Shown in pieces: positions 9,784 through 20,208 of a stretch of DNA of 64,000 nt. The stretch's first letter is position 1; every line of letters begins with the position of its first letter. The notes beneath the pieces were generated by a model. It was given only the letters and a program-made list of their open reading frames with translations. It ran no database searches and was not told the DNA's origin. Both the position numbers and the translations under genes were made by a program. Origin of the DNA: an uncultured Clostridia bacterium (lineage in GTDB: Bacteria; Bacillota; Clostridia; TANB77; CAG-508); contig CAKPKJ010000005.1 in NCBI GenBank assembly GCA_934167445.1, positions 3,071-67,070 of the forward strand, read 5' to 3'.

Positions 9784-10867
9784 AATTATATAAATATTTT
9801 TGTGGATTTACATGTGTTCCATTAATACGTATTTCTAAATGTAAATGTGGCCCTGTTGAATTACCCGTAGAACCAACAGCAGCAATTACATCTCCTGCTT
9901 TTACTTCTTGACCTACTTTAACATACATTTTGCTTGTATGTCCATACCAAGTTTCAACACCATTTCCATGATCTATTTTTACTAGATTGCCATATGAACC
10001 ACTATATTTTGCACATATAACTGTACCACTTGCAACAGCTTTTATCTCTGTACCTGTTGTTGCAGATATATCTAATCCTGTATGTGTAGATTGTCTTAAT
10101 CTACTGCTTTCTCCATATCTTGATGTAATCGTCCCTGAAATTGGCTTTGTTGCAATTTTTACACCATTAATTTCTGGCATTGCGTCTAGTTCCTCTTGAG
10201 CTTTTTTAGCTGCTTCTTCAGCTTGTTTTTCTGCCTCTTGCTTTTCAATAGTTTCTGCTATTTTATTGTTTATATCTGTTTTAGCAATTTCTTCCTCGTT
10301 TATTTTTACTGAATCTTTATCTTGTGTATATTTTTCTAAAATACTTAAATCAAGTTCTTTTTCTGCATTTTCGCTTTTTGCTTGATTAACAATTTCTTCC
10401 GCTTCTTCTATGGTGTTAACAGTTTCTATTGTTTCATCATTAAGAGCTATATCATAATATTTATATGTTATAATTGCATCTTCTTCTATTTTGCTAGCAA
10501 TTTGCTCTTCATTTGTTTTTGTTTCTCTATTTACAAGTTTTAACTCATATTCAGGATTTGATTTTAGTTCAATATTGTCAACGTTTTTATTTTCTTCAGT
10601 TAAATTTTCTTTTAAGTTTTCACTAAAATTAATTTTATTTTTTATATAACCTAATTCTTCTCCTGATATTGTTACTTTATAAATTGGTTTATACTTAATT
10701 AAAATTATCGCGATTATAAATCCAATTCCTATTATACCTATGTTAAAATACTTTAAAATTTCTTTTGTGTAGTATTTCAGTTTCGGGTTTAAAATAAGCT
10801 TCACTCTCCTTTTTATTGTCTTTTTTAAACGCGACCATCTTTTATTATACACTATATTCTCTCCCAA
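9782..10867 (-). CDS. Membrane-anchored M23 (LytM-type) metallopeptidase
   Basis: N-terminal TM segment, an acidic coiled linker, and C-terminal HTGLDISA...GHTSK...GSTGNSTGPHLHLEIRING (HxxxD and HxH motifs). TTG start. Confidence 0.85.
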   Translation of the reverse strand: MGENIVYNKRWSRLKKTIKRRVKLILNPKLKYYTKEILKYFNIGIIGIGFIIAIILIKYKPIYKVTISGEELGYIKNKINFSENLKENLTEENKNVDNIELKSNPEYELKLVNRETKTNEEQIASKIEEDAIITYKYYDIALNDETIETVNTIEEAEEIVNQAKSENAEKELDLSILEKYTQDKDSVKINEEEIAKTDINNKIAETIEKQEAEKQAEEAAKKAQEELDAMPEINGVKIATKPISGTITSRYGESSRLRQSTHTGLDISATTGTEIKAVASGTVICAKYSGSYGNLVKIDHGNGVETWYGHTSKMYVKVGQEVKAGDVIAAVGSTGNSTGPHLHLEIRINGTHVNPQKYLYN

Positions 10868-11168
10868 ATCAAATTATGTATACCTTTTTTATCGTTATTT
10901 GTCAAATTTAGCGAATTATTTTAGCCATTTTTAGCCTTTTTTGTATATTTTTCTCTGTTTTACTCTTATTTACTCACTTTTTCTCTTTTTTTCTTAATAA
11001 TTGATTTTTTTATTATTCAATTTCTTATATACAAAATATAGAAATTAGCTCATTATACTAAAAGGCCTTTATTAACTTATAGGTTCCATCTGTATATTTT
11101 AGTTTCTGTAAATTTAAACCATAAAATGCTATTATTCTTTTGTAAGATATAATAGGAAGGTGATTTTA

Positions 11169-11513
11169 ATGGCTTTAGATTATAATATTATTGGTCAAAG
11201 AATTAGACAAGCTAGATTAAACAAAAATTTAACACAAGAAGATTTGGCTGAACAAATAGATATCTCAGTTGCTTTTTTAAGTAGAATAGAAAGAGGAAAC
11301 TCTCATGTAAATTTAAAAAGACTTAATCAATTATGTGGTTTATTAGATGTATCTGAAGGATATATTTTAAATGGTGTTTCTAGCAAATCAACAAATTATT
11401 TAAATAAAGAATTTGCTGATTTATTAAGAGATTGTTCGCCTGAAACACAAAGATTAATATATGATGTAGCAAAAGTAATTGCTGAACAAGAAAAAGATTT
11501 AATGGAAGAGTAA
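11169..11513 (+). CDS. XRE-family helix-turn-helix transcriptional regulator
   Basis: IGQRIRQARLNKNLTQEDLAEQIDISVAFLSRIERG is a classic Cro/C1 HTH. I prefer the ATG at 11169, with a GGAAGGTGA SD upstream. Confidence 0.8.
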   Translation: MALDYNIIGQRIRQARLNKNLTQEDLAEQIDISVAFLSRIERGNSHVNLKRLNQLCGLLDVSEGYILNGVSSKSTNYLNKEFADLLRDCSPETQRLIYDVAKVIAEQEKDLMEE

Positions 11514-11523
11514 TTTTTAATAT

Positions 11524-11565
11524 AAAGTATATGATATTTTTAATATTATATACTTTTATTTTGTG
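11524..11565 (+). terminator. Weak candidate terminator after the XRE regulator
   Basis: AAAGTATAT (11524-11532) pairs with ATATACTTT (11548-11556), followed by a T-rich tail. The stem is all A/T, so confidence is low. Confidence 0.35.
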
Positions 11566-11714
11566 CTTTTTATATTCTATTGTGAACATTTTGTAAATAT
11601 CGACAAAATTTGCTTATTTAAATTGCTTATATTTTTTTCTTGTGGTATTATAATAATTGCTTAAATGTTTATACTAATATAATGATAAAAAAATTAATTT
11701 TTAGGAGGTATACA

Positions 11715-13952
11715 ATGGATTTTGAACAATGGAAAGGTTTTAAAAAAGGTGATTGGAAAGATGAAATAAACGTAAGAGATTTTATTCAACACAATTATAC
11801 ACCTTATGAAGGTGATAGTAGCTTTTTAACTAAACCAACAGAAAAAACAAAAAAATTATGGGATGAAGTTTTAGAATTATACAAAAAAGAGCATAACTCT
11901 AAAGGTGGAGTATTAGATATAGATACAAAAACACCATCAACAATTACAGCACATGAAGCTGGATATATTGATAAAGATTTAGAAGATATCGTAGGTTTAC
12001 AAACAGATGCTCCTTTAAAAAGGTCTATTATGCCATTTGGTGGTATTAGAATTGTAGAAAAAGCTTGTGCTGCTTATGATAAAAAAGTTGATGACAAAGT
12101 TGAAGAAATTTTCCACAATTATAGAAAAACTCATAATGATGGAGTATTTGATGCATATACACCAGATATTAGAGCTGCAAGAAGTTCTCATTTAATTACA
12201 GGTCTTCCTGATGGATATGGACGTGGTAGAATTATAGGAGATTATCGTAGAGTAGCTTTGTATGGTATAGATGTTTTAATTGAAGAAAAAAATCAAGAAT
12301 TAGATGTTTTAAATACTGATAATATGACAGAGGAAGTTATTCGCAGTCGTGAAGAAACAAGAGAACAAATAAAAGCTTTAAATGAATTAAAAGAAATGGC
12401 TGCAAAATATGGTTTTGATATTTCTAAACCTGCTACAAATGCTAAAGAAGCTGTTCAATGGTTATATTTTGGCTACTTAGGAGCAATTAAATCACAAGAT
12501 GGTGCTGCAATGAGTTTAGGTAGAACATCTACTTTCTTAGATATTTATTTTGAAAGAGATTTAGAAAATGGTGTTATTACTGAAGAGGAAGCACAAGAAA
12601 TTATGGACCATTTTGTTATGAAATTAAGACTTGTTCGTTTCTTAAGAACACCTGAATATAATGAATTATTTAGTGGAGACCCTGTATGGGTTACAGAAAG
12701 TATTGGTGGTATGGGAATTGATGGTAGAACTTTAGTTACCAAAAACTCTTTCCGTCTACTTCATACACTTGAAAATTTAGGACCAGCTCCTGAGCCTAAT
12801 ATGACTGTATTATGGTCAACAAGACTTCCTGAAGGATTTAAAAAATTTACAACAAATTTATCTATAAAAACATCTTCAATTCAATATGAAAATGATGATT
12901 TAATGAGAATTACTTTAGGAGATGATTATGGAATTGCTTGTTGTGTTTCTCCAATGAAAATTGGTAAACAAATGCAATTCTTTGGAGCTAGAGCAAACTT
13001 GGCTAAAACTCTTTTATATGCAATTAATGGTGGTAAAGATGAAAAAACTGGAAAACAAGTTACACCTTTATTCCAACCAATTACTTCTGAATATTTAAAT
13101 TATGATGAAGTTATGCAAAAATTTGACCAAATGATGGATTATGTTGCAAAAATTTATATTAAAGCTTTAAATGCTATCCATTATATGCATGATAAGTATT
13201 GTTATGAAGCTATTGAAATGGCTTTACATGATAAAGATATTGTTCGTACAATGGCTTGTGGTATTGCAGGTTTATCAGTTGTAGCAGATTCTTTATCAGC
13301 TATAAAATATGCAAAAGTTAAGGTTATTCGTGACGAAACAGGTTTAGCTATTGATTATGAAATTGAAGGTGACTTCCCTAAATTCGGTAATGATGATGAT
13401 AGAGTTGACCAGATTGCTGTTGATGTTACAAAAGCATTCCTTAACAAATTGCGTAAACATCAAACTTACAGAAATTCAAAACATACATTGTCAATTTTAA
13501 CAATTACTTCAAATGTAGTTTATGGAAAAGCTACAGGAAATACACCTGATGGTAGACGTGCTGGTGCTCCATTTGGACCTGGTGCAAACCCACTTCACGG
13601 TAGAGATGTAAATGGTGCTATTGCTGTTATGAACTCAATTGCAAAACTTCCATTTGATTCAGCAGAAGATGGAATATCTTTCACATTTTCTATTACACCA
13701 AATACACTTGGTAAATCAGATGAAGAAAAAATTGATAATTTAGTTAATATGTTAGACGGATATTTTACACAAACAGGACATCATATAAATGTAAATGTTT
13801 TTGATAGAGCATTACTTTTAGACGCTATGGATCATCCTGAAAAATATCCTCAACTTACAATACGTGTTTCTGGATATGCAGTTAACTTTACTAAATTAAC
13901 TAGAGAACAACAACTTGATGTTGTTAACAGAACTATTCATGAAAAAATTTAG
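11715..13952 (+). CDS. pflB: Formate C-acetyltransferase (pyruvate formate-lyase)
   Basis: ATG at 11715 with an AGGAGG SD. Active-site CCVSP motif and C-terminal glycyl-radical motif [11 protein letters not shown]. Confidence 0.95.
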   Translation: MDFEQWKGFKKGDWKDEINVRDFIQHNYTPYEGDSSFLTKPTEKTKKLWDEVLELYKKEHNSKGGVLDIDTKTPSTITAHEAGYIDKDLEDIVGLQTDAPLKRSIMPFGGIRIVEKACAAYDKKVDDKVEEIFHNYRKTHNDGVFDAYTPDIRAARSSHLITGLPDGYGRGRIIGDYRRVALYGIDVLIEEKNQELDVLNTDNMTEEVIRSREETREQIKALNELKEMAAKYGFDISKPATNAKEAVQWLYFGYLGAIKSQDGAAMSLGRTSTFLDIYFERDLENGVITEEEAQEIMDHFVMKLRLVRFLRTPEYNELFSGDPVWVTESIGGMGIDGRTLVTKNSFRLLHTLENLGPAPEPNMTVLWSTRLPEGFKKFTTNLSIKTSSIQYENDDLMRITLGDDYGIACCVSPMKIGKQMQFFGARANLAKTLLYAINGGKDEKTGKQVTPLFQPITSEYLNYDEVMQKFDQMMDYVAKIYIKALNAIHYMHDKYCYEAIEMALHDKDIVRTMACGIAGLSVVADSLSAIKYAKVKVIRDETGLAIDYEIEGDFPKFGNDDDRVDQIAVDVTKAFLNKLRKHQTYRNSKHTLSILTITSNVVYGKATGNTPDGRRAGAPFGPGANPLHGRDVNGAIAVMNSIAKLPFDSAEDGISFTFSITPNTLGKSDEEKIDNLVNMLDGYFTQTGHHINVNVFDRALLLDAMDHPEKYPQLTIRVSGYAVNFTKLTREQQLDVVNRTIHEKI

Positions 13953-13985
13953 TAGCTTAAAATAAACTAATAAGGACGATATATT

Positions 13986-14717
13986 ATGGAAAACGAAAAA
14001 GACTTAAAACATTATGCACGAGTTCATTCTTTTGAAAGCTTTGGAACTGTTGACGGGCCTGGTATTAGATTTGTATTATTTTTACAAGGTTGCCATTTAA
14101 AATGTAAATATTGTCATAACCGTGATACGTGGAGTATCCATTCAGGAGAGTATAAAACTTTAGACGAAATTTTTGATAAAATTATGCGTTGTAAAAATTA
14201 TATTTATCCACGTGGCGGTGTTACTATAAGTGGTGGTGAACCTCTTTTACAACCTCAATTTATAATAGAATTATTTAAAAAATTGAAGAAAGAAGGTATC
14301 CACACTTGTATTGACACCTCCGGGAATTTGCCATTAAGTGAAAATATCAAAAAAGTTCTTGAATTAACTGACCTAGTATTACTAGATATTAAACATATTG
14401 ATGATGAAAAGTGCAAAGAACTTGTTGGAAAGGGAAATAAACTTGAATTAGAATTTGCTAGATATTTAAGTGATAATGGTATCCATATGTGGATTAGACA
14501 AGTCCTTGTTCCAGGAATGACTGACGATGAAAATGATTTACTAAAATTAAAAGATTTTATTTCTTCTTTAGACACTGTTGATAGAGTTGAACTTTTACCT
14601 TATCACAATTTAGGTGAATATAAGTGGAAAGAACTCGGTTTAAAATATCCTTTAGAAGGTGTTAGAGAAGCTAATGAGGATGATATTAATAGAGCTAAAG
14701 AAATTTTAGGAATCTAG
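13986..14717 (+). CDS. pflA: Pyruvate formate-lyase activating enzyme (radical SAM)
   Basis: CHLKCKYCHN (CxxxCxxC) cluster motif. 243 aa. Lies immediately after pflB. Confidence 0.95.
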   Translation: MENEKDLKHYARVHSFESFGTVDGPGIRFVLFLQGCHLKCKYCHNRDTWSIHSGEYKTLDEIFDKIMRCKNYIYPRGGVTISGGEPLLQPQFIIELFKKLKKEGIHTCIDTSGNLPLSENIKKVLELTDLVLLDIKHIDDEKCKELVGKGNKLELEFARYLSDNGIHMWIRQVLVPGMTDDENDLLKLKDFISSLDTVDRVELLPYHNLGEYKWKELGLKYPLEGVREANEDDINRAKEILGI

Positions 14718-14766
14718 GATTTAATTATAAGAAACGAATTAAAAAATAATGTTTTTATTATAGTTT

Positions 14767-14811
14767 AAAAAACAGGCAAAGTATATTATAAAAAATACTT
14801 TACCTGTTTTT
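14767..14811. terminator. Bidirectional terminator between pflA and the convergent ATPase gene
   Basis: ACAGGCAAAGTAT (14772-14784) pairs with ATACTTTACCTGT (14794-14806) with one mismatch. Flanked by an A-run and a T-run. Confidence 0.7.
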
Positions 14812-14857
14812 TATCCTATTGCCTCTACATTTTATTATTTTGTATATTATATTTAAA

Positions 14858-16702
14858 TTATGCTTTTTTTATTCCTAATGCTCTTAGTGAATTTAGTATT
14901 GCTATAAAGGAAACACCTACATCTGCAAAAACGGCCTCCCACATTGTAGCTATTCCACAAGCTCCTAATATTAATACTAATATTTTTACACTTATAGCAA
15001 ATATTATATTTTGTTTTACTATTCTCATTGTTTTGTTTGAAATTTTAATTGCTTCTAAAATTTTTGATGGTTTATCATTCATAATTACAATGTCTGCTGC
15101 CTCTATTGCTGCATCTGAACCTAGTCCTCCCATTGCAATTCCTATGTCTGATATTGCAAGTACAGGTGCATCATTTATTCCATCACCTACAAAGGCTAGT
15201 TTTCCTTTTTCTGTTTTTTGTTTTATTAATTCTTCTACTTTTTCAACTTTTTGGTCTGGTAATAAATCTGTATAAACTTCGTCTATTTCTATTTGTTTAG
15301 CAACTTTTTCTGCTATTTCTTTTTTGTCTCCTGTAAGCATTACAGTTTTGCTTACATTATTTCGTTTTAATCCTTGTATTGTTTGTTTTGCATCTTCTTT
15401 TATTTTATCAGCAATTACAATTGAACCTTCAAATTTATTGTTTATAGCAACATATAATATTGTTCCTATATCATTACATTTTTTATATTCTATTCCTTTT
15501 TCTTGCATTATTTTATTGTTGCCTATTACTACAGTTTTATTTTCTATTTGACTTATAATGCCTTTTCCTGATATTTCTTCGGTTTTTTCTATAATTTCTT
15601 GATTAATTTCTTTTTGATATGCCTTTTTTATTGATGCTGAAATTGGGTGGTTTGAATAACTCTCAGCATATGCTGCTATTTTTAATAGTTCTTCTTCACT
15701 AATATCTACTGGGTTTATTTTTTGTACTTCAAATACACCTTCTGTTAAAGTTCCTGTTTTGTCAAAAACAAATATATCTGTTTTTGATAATAGTTCTAGG
15801 TAATTACTTCCTTTTATTAAAACACCTTTTCTTGATGCACCTCCAATTCCTCCAAAAAATCCTAGAGGTATTGAAATTACTAAAGCACATGGACATGATA
15901 CAACTAAGAATGTTAGTGCTCTTTCTAACCATTCACTAAAACTTCCCCATTTTAATAAAACTGGTGGAATAATTGCTAATAATATTGCTATTCCAACAAC
16001 TGTTGGTGTATATATTTTTGCAAATTTTGTTATAAAATTTTCTGATTTTGATTTTTTATTACTTGCATTTTCTACTAGGTCTAATATTTTACTTACTGTC
16101 GATTCTCCAAATTCTTTTTCAACTTTTATTGTTAAAACTCCACTTTGATTTATACATCCACTTAACACTTTTTCTCCTATTTTTGCACTTCTAGGTACTG
16201 ATTCTCCTGTTAATGCTGATGTATCTAGCATTGAACTCCCATCAATTATAGTTCCATCTAGTGGAATTTTTTCACCTGGTTTTACAACTATTTCTTCTCC
16301 AATTTTTACTGTTTCAGGTTTTAATGTTTCTAATTTTCCATTTCTTTTTACAACTGCTACATCTGGTCTTATATCCATTAAATTTGTTATTGATTCTTTT
16401 GATTTATCAACTGCATAGTCTTGGAATAATTCTCCTATTTGATAAAATAACATAACAGCAACAGCTTCTGGAAATTCACCTATTGCAAATGCTCCTATTG
16501 TGGCAACTGCCATTAGAAAATGCTCGTCAAAAACTTCTCCTTTGAATATATTTTTTATGGCCTTTATAATAATTTCTAATCCTACAATTAAATATGCTCC
16601 TATGTATATCCCTTTTGTTATCCATCCATTTGAAAATGGTACTAATAAACCTATTACAAATAAAATTGCAGATATAATAATTTGTATTAAATTTTTTTTC
16701 AT
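14858..16702 (-). CDS. Heavy-metal translocating P1B-type ATPase (Cd/Zn/Co type) without an N-terminal HMA domain
   Basis: SCPCALVISIP (CPC), DKTGTLT and GDGINDAP motifs. 614 aa. Paired with an upstream ArsR/SmtB regulator. Confidence 0.9.
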   Translation of the reverse strand: MKKNLIQIIISAILFVIGLLVPFSNGWITKGIYIGAYLIVGLEIIIKAIKNIFKGEVFDEHFLMAVATIGAFAIGEFPEAVAVMLFYQIGELFQDYAVDKSKESITNLMDIRPDVAVVKRNGKLETLKPETVKIGEEIVVKPGEKIPLDGTIIDGSSMLDTSALTGESVPRSAKIGEKVLSGCINQSGVLTIKVEKEFGESTVSKILDLVENASNKKSKSENFITKFAKIYTPTVVGIAILLAIIPPVLLKWGSFSEWLERALTFLVVSCPCALVISIPLGFFGGIGGASRKGVLIKGSNYLELLSKTDIFVFDKTGTLTEGVFEVQKINPVDISEEELLKIAAYAESYSNHPISASIKKAYQKEINQEIIEKTEEISGKGIISQIENKTVVIGNNKIMQEKGIEYKKCNDIGTILYVAINNKFEGSIVIADKIKEDAKQTIQGLKRNNVSKTVMLTGDKKEIAEKVAKQIEIDEVYTDLLPDQKVEKVEELIKQKTEKGKLAFVGDGINDAPVLAISDIGIAMGGLGSDAAIEAADIVIMNDKPSKILEAIKISNKTMRIVKQNIIFAISVKILVLILGACGIATMWEAVFADVGVSFIAILNSLRALGIKKA

Positions 16703-16719
16703 AAAATTTTCATCCTTTC

Positions 16720-17088
16720 TTACTTATGTTCAATATGCTCAATTCCTAATTCAAATAATTTTTGCACATGGTCATCATCTATTGTGTAATATACTTCTTT
16801 CCCCTGTTTACGGCATTTTACTATATTCATTCTTCTTAGAGTTCCTAATTGATGTGATATTGAAGATTTACTCATTCTCAAAACATTTGCAATGTCACAT
16901 ACACACATTTCGTTCTGGTCCAAGGCAAATAAAATCTTAGCTCTTGTTGTATCTCCTAATATTTTAAAGAACTCTGCTAATTTATTAAATAAGTCGTCTT
17001 CTGGCATTTTGCTTAAAGTGTCTTTTACTATATTTTCATGTATTATATTACAGTCACATATAAATTCATTTTTTGACATTTTTTTCAT
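16720..17088 (-). CDS. ArsR/SmtB-family metalloregulator (CadC-like)
   Basis: ELCVCDIA-type motif (EMCVCDIANVL) and a wHTH (SKSSISHQLGTLRRMNIV). An N-terminal CDC pair is also present. Confidence 0.85.
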   Translation of the reverse strand: MKKMSKNEFICDCNIIHENIVKDTLSKMPEDDLFNKLAEFFKILGDTTRAKILFALDQNEMCVCDIANVLRMSKSSISHQLGTLRRMNIVKCRKQGKEVYYTIDDDHVQKLFELGIEHIEHK

Positions 17089-17162
17089 CTCCTCTTATAT
17101 TCTTTTTATTTAAGAATTCACTTCTGCCGTATTATTTTAACAAAAAAACTTATTCGTCTTTT

Positions 17163-17182
17163 AGTTGAATGTGGATTCAACT
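17163..17182. promoter_or_regulatory. Candidate ArsR/SmtB operator 1
   Basis: AGTTGAATGTGGATTCAACT is an imperfect palindrome (TTGAAT-N4-ATTCAA) about 75 nt upstream of the arsR-like start. Confidence 0.5.
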
Positions 17183-17200
17183 TTTTTCTTTTTATATTAT

Positions 17201-17220
17201 AGTTGAATGTTTATTCAATT
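17201..17220. promoter_or_regulatory. Candidate ArsR/SmtB operator 2
   Basis: AGTTGAATGTTTATTCAATT is a second copy of the same TTGAAT-N4-ATTCAA palindrome, 38 nt from the first. Confidence 0.5.
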
Positions 17221-17399
17221 GTCAATGATTTATGATAATTTTTAATAATTTAGAAAACCTTTATATAATATAAAAAGCCAGAAAAGAAAATTTTGTAAAT
17301 TTTCCTCTCCAACTTTCGTCATATCATAATAGAACTTTCTATGTCTATTATTTCTTATTGGGTTAAATTACTTTTTACATATATAAACTACACGATTTT

Positions 17400-18236
17400 T
17401 TATCTTTCAGCTTCGTCTTCTTCGATTTCTTTGTCATAAGTTATAAAACTTTTTTGATCATCATTTTCTTTTATCGCTTTTGTACTTTTTGCTATAATAT
17501 TTTTTTCTATTCTTTCCAAATCCATTGAACTTTCTTCTCTTCTTAATTTAGCCATTCTTGCTATTTCATTATGATTTCTTTCATATTGTCCTTCACGGTT
17601 ATAGCCTAACCTACTGTATCCAGCTTTATTATATCCATCTTTGTCATAACCTTCATAATCGTATTTTTTCCAGGTATATCTATTAATTCCATTCTGGTCA
17701 AACCCATGTTTATCATAACCTTTTTTATCATACTTAGTTCCGGTTTCTTTATTTATTGCGACTCTATTAAATCCATTTTTATCATATCCGTCCTTATTAT
17801 ATCCATCTACATCATAACCTTTTTCGTCATATTGTGTTTTAGTCTTGTAATGTTTTCCGCTACGGTCAAATCCATTAATATCATACCCTAATTTGTCATA
17901 CCCATATTTGTCATAAAAGTTAGCATCATATCCTTCTCTGTCATATCCTTGGCGGTTATATCCGTATTTATCATAGCCTTCTTCATCATATGCTGTACCG
18001 GTTTTTCTATTTAAACCATTTTCATCAAATCCATTTTTATTCCATTCTTCCTTATCAAATTCTGTTGGAGTACTTCCACATACATCCATACCGTTTACCT
18101 TATAAGCTCCAGCATCATAAATAGTTCCAGTAACACGGTTTATTCCTTTTTTATTAAAACCATTAATGTCATAACCATCTATATCATATCCATCTTGGTC
18201 AAATCCGTGTTCATCATATATTTTTTTCTTAGTCAT
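17400..18236 (-). CDS. Hypothetical protein built from G-[YF]-[DN]-x-x pentapeptide repeats with an acidic helical C-terminal tail
   Basis: Translation is almost entirely ...GYDIDGYDINGFNKKG...GYDKYGYNRQGYDREGYDANFYDKYGYDKLGYDINGFDRSG... No family recognised. Separated by 15 nt from the upstream gene, so likely co-transcribed. Confidence 0.6.
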   Translation of the reverse strand: MTKKKIYDEHGFDQDGYDIDGYDINGFNKKGINRVTGTIYDAGAYKVNGMDVCGSTPTEFDKEEWNKNGFDENGLNRKTGTAYDEEGYDKYGYNRQGYDREGYDANFYDKYGYDKLGYDINGFDRSGKHYKTKTQYDEKGYDVDGYNKDGYDKNGFNRVAINKETGTKYDKKGYDKHGFDQNGINRYTWKKYDYEGYDKDGYNKAGYSRLGYNREGQYERNHNEIARMAKLRREESSMDLERIEKNIIAKSTKAIKENDDQKSFITYDKEIEEDEAER

Positions 18237-18251
18237 AATTATTTCCTCTTT

Positions 18252-19187
18252 TTACATTTCTAACAACTTTAATTCTACATTTACCATTTTATATTTTCCG
18301 TCAATTAACTTAAATTCAACTAATGCATTTTCAAGTGTTTCTTCGTTTTGTCTTAAATCTGTTGTAAAATATAATTTTATTTTTGATATTTCTAATTGGT
18401 TTGTAACTATTTCTTTAAATACTTCTGCCATATGTTTTTCGTCTTCACAAACAATTATTAATTGTGGAATTCCACTAAATCCACTGTCACCTGTAACATA
18501 GTTATCATAAAAATCTTTATATAATCTCATTTTATCAGTTAGTTTTTTCTTCCACTCTTCTTCTCTTCTTATTACTTCAAAGATAAATTGTATTGATTTA
18601 CTGTTTTTGGTTAATTTTACGCTTCCACCTGTTGCTTTAAATATTTTTCCTGCCATTTTTGCTGTTAATGATGGTTTTACTACATAACTATCAAATGCTT
18701 TTACTTTTCTTAGATATGCAATTAATACTTGATTCCCAGCTAATCTTTTTTTTATCATTGCAACTGGTTTTATGTTGTCTGAAGGCTGCCATTTACATTC
18801 TACTTCCTTAGATGTTAATAAATATTTTCCCATTTTGTCTAAACAGTATATGCGATATACTCCTTTTCCTTCATCAGAATTAAAATAATATCTAGTTAAT
18901 ATTTTATATTTTACCAATTGCTCTAATTTATTATTCAATTTTTCTTGTGATTTTACTTCAATATTTTTTATTTCTAGCATTTGAAGTAATTGTCTTGATG
19001 TTATGAATTCAAATTCATTTACTAATTCCATAATAGCAAAATGAACTTCATTTATTTGTCCAATATTTATTTTGTGAATAATTTGGTTCATTGACACATA
19101 TCCATCTTTTCCGTCAAATACTTTTATTTCCCCTTCTCTTATTGCAAATGGTGATACTTGCGCTTTTATTTGATTATCTTCTATCAT
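18252..19187 (-). CDS. Replication-relaxation (Replic_Relax, PF13814)-like winged-helix protein
   Basis: The N-terminal pattern ...VHFAIMELVNEFEFITSRQLLQMLE...LNNKLEQLVKYKILTRYYF......GVYRIYCLDKMGKYLL matches the family logic (wHTH, then an Lt..G..lL segment). The call is by eye only. Confidence 0.45.
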   Translation of the reverse strand: MIEDNQIKAQVSPFAIREGEIKVFDGKDGYVSMNQIIHKINIGQINEVHFAIMELVNEFEFITSRQLLQMLEIKNIEVKSQEKLNNKLEQLVKYKILTRYYFNSDEGKGVYRIYCLDKMGKYLLTSKEVECKWQPSDNIKPVAMIKKRLAGNQVLIAYLRKVKAFDSYVVKPSLTAKMAGKIFKATGGSVKLTKNSKSIQFIFEVIRREEEWKKKLTDKMRLYKDFYDNYVTGDSGFSGIPQLIIVCEDEKHMAEVFKEIVTNQLEISKIKLYFTTDLRQNEETLENALVEFKLIDGKYKMVNVELKLLEM

Positions 19188-19240
19188 TTTAATTCCTCCT
19201 CGAATTTTTCTTACAGAATTCTATTTTGCACTGATTTAAA

Positions 19241-20047
19241 TTATTTTATCAATGATAATTTTACTTTTTTCTTACTGTAATCAATCTTTTTTACATATAC
19301 ATTTACTTCTTGCCCATATTCTAATCCCTCTTCATATTCTGTCATTCCTACTAGGTTTGGGGCAAGCTCTATAAATATACCGTTTTGATGTTTTTCTGTT
19401 TCTCTTACAATTCCTTTTACTTTCATTCCTGTACTAAATTTTTGTGCGTTTTCTTCCCAAGTTCCAAGTAATTCCTTATATGATAATGTAACTTTTCCTC
19501 GTTCACGATTTATTGCTTTTATTACAACTTGTGCTTTTTGACCAATCTTTAGTCTTTCATATGGTGTTTGTATTCTTGCGACTGATAAATCTTCTATATG
19601 AGCTAAACCTACAATTCCTCCTCCAATTTCTATAAAGGCTCCATATGGTTTGATATTTTTTACTATTCCTTCAACTTTTTGACCTTCTTGTAAGTCTTGT
19701 TTTACCCAATCAATAGCCTCATTTTGTACTTGTTTTCTAGATAAAATTAATTCATTTTTTTCATCTATATCTTTTATTTTAAATTGTACAAATTTATGAA
19801 CTTTTCCTACACACAAATTTTCTTTTGGAATACCTTGTTCATTTATCTTTATTGCTTCCACTTCTTCTCTTGGAATTTTCCCTTGTAATCCATTTTCAAA
19901 TTTTATATATAAATTACAATTATCGTCACAACTGTTTACAATTCCTTGCAAAGTAGCATCTTGATTTTTATATTGTTTCCAATTGTCTTTTGTTAATTTT
20001 GTTGTTTCATTGTTCCAACCTTCAGGTACAAATTTTAAGTTATTCAT
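19241..20047 (-). CDS. S1 RNA-binding domain protein (several S1/OB repeats)
   Basis: GQKVEGIVKNIKPYGAFIEIGGGIVGLAHIEDLS and GMKVKGIVRE...GIFIELAPNLVGM are S1 motifs. Confidence 0.8.
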   Translation of the reverse strand: MNNLKFVPEGWNNETTKLTKDNWKQYKNQDATLQGIVNSCDDNCNLYIKFENGLQGKIPREEVEAIKINEQGIPKENLCVGKVHKFVQFKIKDIDEKNELILSRKQVQNEAIDWVKQDLQEGQKVEGIVKNIKPYGAFIEIGGGIVGLAHIEDLSVARIQTPYERLKIGQKAQVVIKAINRERGKVTLSYKELLGTWEENAQKFSTGMKVKGIVRETEKHQNGIFIELAPNLVGMTEYEEGLEYGQEVNVYVKKIDYSKKKVKLSLIK

Positions 20048-20208
20048 TTGTTTTTTCTCCTTTTATCTTAAGTTCGTTTTATAATTGTTTATAATTTCTA
20101 TAAATTTTATCTTTAATAAAATTTGTTTTGTCAAAATTACTAGTATTGCTTTTGACTTATTAATTTTAACTTTTTATATTATATATTTTTAGTGATTCTT
20201 TTTCAACG

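Noticed and set aside
11575-11600. TTGTGAACATTTTGTAAA upstream of pflB as a Rex or FNR/CRP-type operator
   Set aside because: The two halves are direct rather than inverted. The second half does not match TTCACAA or TCACA.
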